A DNA stretch of 55,739 nt from Escherichia phage vB_EcoS-683R6. This document shows, piece after piece, positions 52,392 to 55,739 of the stretch (position 1 is the first letter of the stretch; every line of letters starts with the position of its first letter). The translations under genes were made by a program, and so were the position numbers. The notes beneath the pieces are model-generated. The model saw nothing but the letters and a program-made list of their open reading frames with translations. It was not told the origin of the DNA and made no database searches. The stretch is taken from sequence record ON470595, one strand, 5' to 3'.

Positions 52392-53086
52392 ATGACAGAG
52401 ACAGAATCAGCGATTCTGGCGCACGCCCGGCGATGTGCGCCAGCGGAGTCGTGCGGCTTCGTGGTGAGAACGTCGGAAGGGGAAAGATATTTTCCCTGCG
52501 TGAATATCTCCGGTGAGCCGGAGGAGTATTTCCGGATGTCGCCGGAGGACTGGCTGCGGGCAGAGATGCAGGGTGAGATTGTGGCGCTGGTCCACAGCCA
52601 CCCCGGTGGTATGCCCTGGCTGAGTGAGACCGACCGGCGGCTGCAGGTGCAGAGTGATTTGCCGTGGTGGCTGGTTTGCCGGGGAGCGATTCACAAGTTC
52701 CGCTGTGTGCCACATCTTTCCGGGCGGCGCTTTGAGCACGGGGTGACGGACTGTTACACGCTGTTCCGGGATGCTTACCATCTGGCGGGNNNNNNNNNNN
52801 NNNNNNNNNNNNNNNNNNNNNNNNNNNNNNNNNNNNNNNNNNNNNNGCGGCGCAGCCGGGCGATGTGCTGCTGTGCTGTTTTGGTTCATCGGTGCCGAAT
52901 CATGCCGCCATTTACTGTGGTGACAGCGAGCTGCTGCACCATATTCCTGAACAACTGAGTAAACGAGAGAGGTACACCGACAAATGGCAGCGACGCACAC
53001 ACTCCCTCTGGCGTCACCGGGCATGGCACGCATCTGCCTTTACGGGGATTTACAACGATTTGGCCGCCGCATCGACCTTCGAGTGA
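52392..53086 (+). CDS. K: tail assembly protein K (lambda gpK-like, JAMM/NlpC-P60 type); contains a 57-nt N run at 52790-52846
   Basis: N-terminal part MTETESAILAHARRCAPAESCGFVVRT.. with HSHPGG motif; C-terminal part in the 52865-53086 ORF; frame shifts across the Ns. Confidence 0.8.
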
Positions 53087-53631
53087 AAACGGGGTCCGAA
53101 GCCATCCGGGCGCTGGCCATGCAGATCCCGGCGTTTCGTCAGAAACTGAGCGACGGCTGGTATCAGGTACGCATTGCCGGGCGTGATGCAGGTGAAACTG
53201 AATTATCAGCCCGTCTTAATGAACCGCTGGCAAATGGTGCCGTGATCCACATTGTGCCGCGTCTGGCGGGAGCCAAAAGTGGCGGTCTTTTTCAGGCTGT
53301 GCTGGGGGCGGCGCTGATTGCGGTGGCATGGTGGAACCCTGCAGGTTGGTTGGGGGCTGCCGCAATTACAGGAATGTATGGTGCGGGGGCCAGTATGGTG
53401 CTCGGTGGTGTGGCGCAGATGCTGGCACCGAAAGCCAGAACTCCCCGTACACAGACAACGGATAACGGCAAACAGAACACCTATTTCTCCTCACTGGATA
53501 ACATGGTTGCCCAGGGCAATGTTCTGCCGGTTCTGTACGGTGAAATGCGCGTGGGGTCACGGGTGATTTCGCAGGAGATCAGCACGGCAGATGAAGGAGA
53601 TGGTGGTCAGGTTGTGGTGATTGGTCGTTGA
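52984..53631 (+). CDS. I: tail assembly protein I (lambda gpI-like)
   Basis: MAATHTLPLASPGMARICLYGDLQRFGRRIDLRVKTG.. matches remembered lambda I; overlaps the K 3' end. Confidence 0.85.
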   Translation: MAATHTLPLASPGMARICLYGDLQRFGRRIDLRVKTGSEAIRALAMQIPAFRQKLSDGWYQVRIAGRDAGETELSARLNEPLANGAVIHIVPRLAGAKSGGLFQAVLGAALIAVAWWNPAGWLGAAAITGMYGAGASMVLGGVAQMLAPKARTPRTQTTDNGKQNTYFSSLDNMVAQGNVLPVLYGEMRVGSRVISQEISTADEGDGGQVVVIGR

Positions 53632-53691
53632 TGCAGAATGTTTTGTGTGAAACCGCCTCAGGGCGGTTTTGTCGTTTCTGGAGCGTGAGGA

Positions 53692-55739
53692 ATGGGTAAA
53701 GGCAGNNNNNNNNNNTCCCGCGCGAAGCGAAGGACAACCTGAAATCATCCCAGATGCTGAGCGTGATAGACGCCATCAGTGAAGGGCCGATTGAAGGTCC
53801 GGTGGATGGATTAAAAAGCGTGCTGCTGAACAGTACGCCGGTGCTGGACAGTGAGGGGAATACCAATATCTCCGGCGTCACGGTGGTGTTCCGGGCAGGT
53901 GAGCAGGAGCAGTCACCGCCGGAGGGATTTGAATCCTCCGGTTCCGAGACGGTGCTGGGTACGGAAGTGAAATATGAAACGCCGATCACCCGGACCATCA
54001 CGTCGGCAAACATCGACCGTCTGCGCTTTACCTTCGGTGTACAGGCACTGGTGGAAACCACCTCAAAGGGAGACAGGAATCCGTCGGAAGTCCGCCTGCT
54101 GGTTCAGATACAGCGTAACGGTGGCTGGGTGACGGAAAAAGACATCACCATTAAAGGCAAAACCACCTCACAGTATCTGGCATCGGTGGTGGTGGGTAAC
54201 CTGCCGCCGCGCCCGTTTAATATCCGGATGCGCAGGATGACGCCGGACAGCACCACAGACCAGCTGCAGAACAAAACGCTCTGGTCGTCATACACCGAGA
54301 TCATCGATGTGAAACAGTGCTACCCGAACACGGCACTGGTCGGCGTACAGGTGGACTCGGAGCAGTTCGGCAGCCAGCAGGTGAGCCGTAATTATCATCT
54401 TCGCGGGCGCATTCTGCAGGTGCCGTCGAACTATAACCCGCAGACGCGACAATACAGCGGTATCTGGGACGGAACGTTAAAACCAGCATACAGCAACAAC
54501 ATGGCCTGGTGTCTGTGGGATATGCTGACCCACCCGCGCTACGGCATGGGGAAACGTCTTGGTGCGGCGGATGTGGACAAATGGGCGCTGTATGTCATCG
54601 GCCAGTACTGCGACCAGTCAGTGCCGGACGGCTTTGGCGGCACGGAGCCGCGCATCACCTGTAATGCGTACCTGACCACACAGCGCAAGGCGTGGGATGT
54701 GCTCAGTGATTTCTGCTCGGCGATGCGCTGTATGCCGGTATGGAACGGGCAGACGCTGACGTTCGTGCAGGACCGACCGTCGGATAAGGTGTGGACCTAT
54801 AACCGCAGTAATGTGGTGATGCCGGATGATGGCGCGCCGTTCCGCTACAGCTTCAGCGCCCTGAAGGACCGCCATAATGCCGTTGAGGTGAACTGGATTG
54901 ACCCGAACAACGGCTGGGAGACGGCGACAGAGCTTGTTGAAGATACGCAGGCCATTGCCCGTTACGGTCGTAATGTCACGAAGATGGATGCCTTTGGCTG
55001 TACCAGCCGGGGGCAGGCACACCGCGCCGGGCTGTGGCTGATTAAAACGGAACTGCTGGAAACGCAGACCGTGGATTTCAGCGTGGGCGCAGAAGGGCTT
55101 CGCCATGTGCCGGGCGATGTTATTGAAATCTGCGATGATGACTATGCCGGTATCAGCACCGGTGGTCGCGTGTTGGCGGTGAACAGCCAGACCCGGACGC
55201 TGACGCTCGACCGTGAAATCACGCTGCCATCCTCCGGTACCACGCTGATAAGCCTGGTTGACGGAAGTGGCAATCCGGTCAGCGTGGAGGTTCAGTCCGT
55301 CACCGACGGACTTAAGGTGAAAGTGAATCGGGTTCCTGACGGCGTTGCAGAATACAGTGTGTGGGGGCTGAAGTTGCCGACGTTGCGTCAGCGCCTGTTC
55401 CGCTGTGTGAGTATCCGTGAGAACGATGACGGCACGTATGCCATCACTGCCGTGCAGCATGTACCGGAAAAAGAAGCCATCGTGGATAACGGGGCGCACT
55501 TTGACGGCGACCAGAGCGGCACGGTGAATGGTGTCACGCCGCCAGCGGTGCAGCACCTGACCGCCGAAGTCACCGCAGACAGCGGGGAATACCAGGTGCT
55601 GGCGCGCTGGGATACGCCGAAGGTGGTGAAGGGCGTGAGCTTTATGCTTCGCCTGACCGTGGCAGCGGATGACGGCAGTGAGCGGCTGGTCAGCACGGCC
55701 CGGACGACGGAAACCACATACCGCTTCACGCAACTGGCG
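53692..55739 (+). CDS. J: host specificity / central tail fibre protein J (lambda gpJ-like), 5' part; contains a 10-nt N run at 53706-53715; runs off the window end
   Basis: Translation ..REAKDNLKSSQMLSVIDAISEGPIEGPVDGLKSVLLNSTPVLDSEGNTNISGVTVVFRAGEQEQ.. is near-identical to remembered lambda J. Confidence 0.9.

Noticed and set aside
51664-52713. 349-aa reverse-strand ORF
   Set aside because: Antisense to the lambda-like L and K tail genes, whose forward frames have recognisable products; a Pro/Ala/Arg-rich translation typical of spurious ORFs opposite GC-rich coding sequence.
54618-55733. 371-aa reverse-strand ORF (and nested 113-aa ORF at 55388-55729)
   Set aside because: Antisense to the J tail fibre gene, whose forward translation is near-identical to lambda J; Arg/His-rich low-complexity translation.

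Overview
This window reads as an Escherichia coli-type chromosomal segment (abgT-abgB-abgA / abgR, mcaS, smrA, dgcM, zntB, fnrS, dbpA, ttcA) followed by a Rac-type lambdoid prophage integrated at ttcA and running off the right edge. All calls rest on reading the six-frame translations, motifs and remembered protein sequences; no searches were run. The prophage has a Rac-like early region (intR, xis, ralR, recT, recE, racC, ydaE, kilR, ydaF, ydaG, racR, ydaS-ydaW), a nin/Q-like region, two tRNA genes, a phage-21-type lysis cassette, trkG, a head module and a lambda-like tail module. Unlike the degraded K-12 Rac it looks largely complete, but its tape measure gene carries one in-frame TAG. The most interesting feature is an AT-rich two-gene insert between the replication genes and the nin/Q region (26064-29457): a classical AAA+ ATPase overlapping a large subtilisin-like (S8) serine protease, with its own leader and terminator. 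I do not recognise it as a named system and propose it as a candidate phage-defence or exclusion module. A second accessory block, an AraC-family regulator with an EmrAB-like efflux pair (4663-8114), sits between mcaS and smrA where K-12 has nothing. Four runs of N interrupt recE, ydaW, tail gene K and tail gene J.
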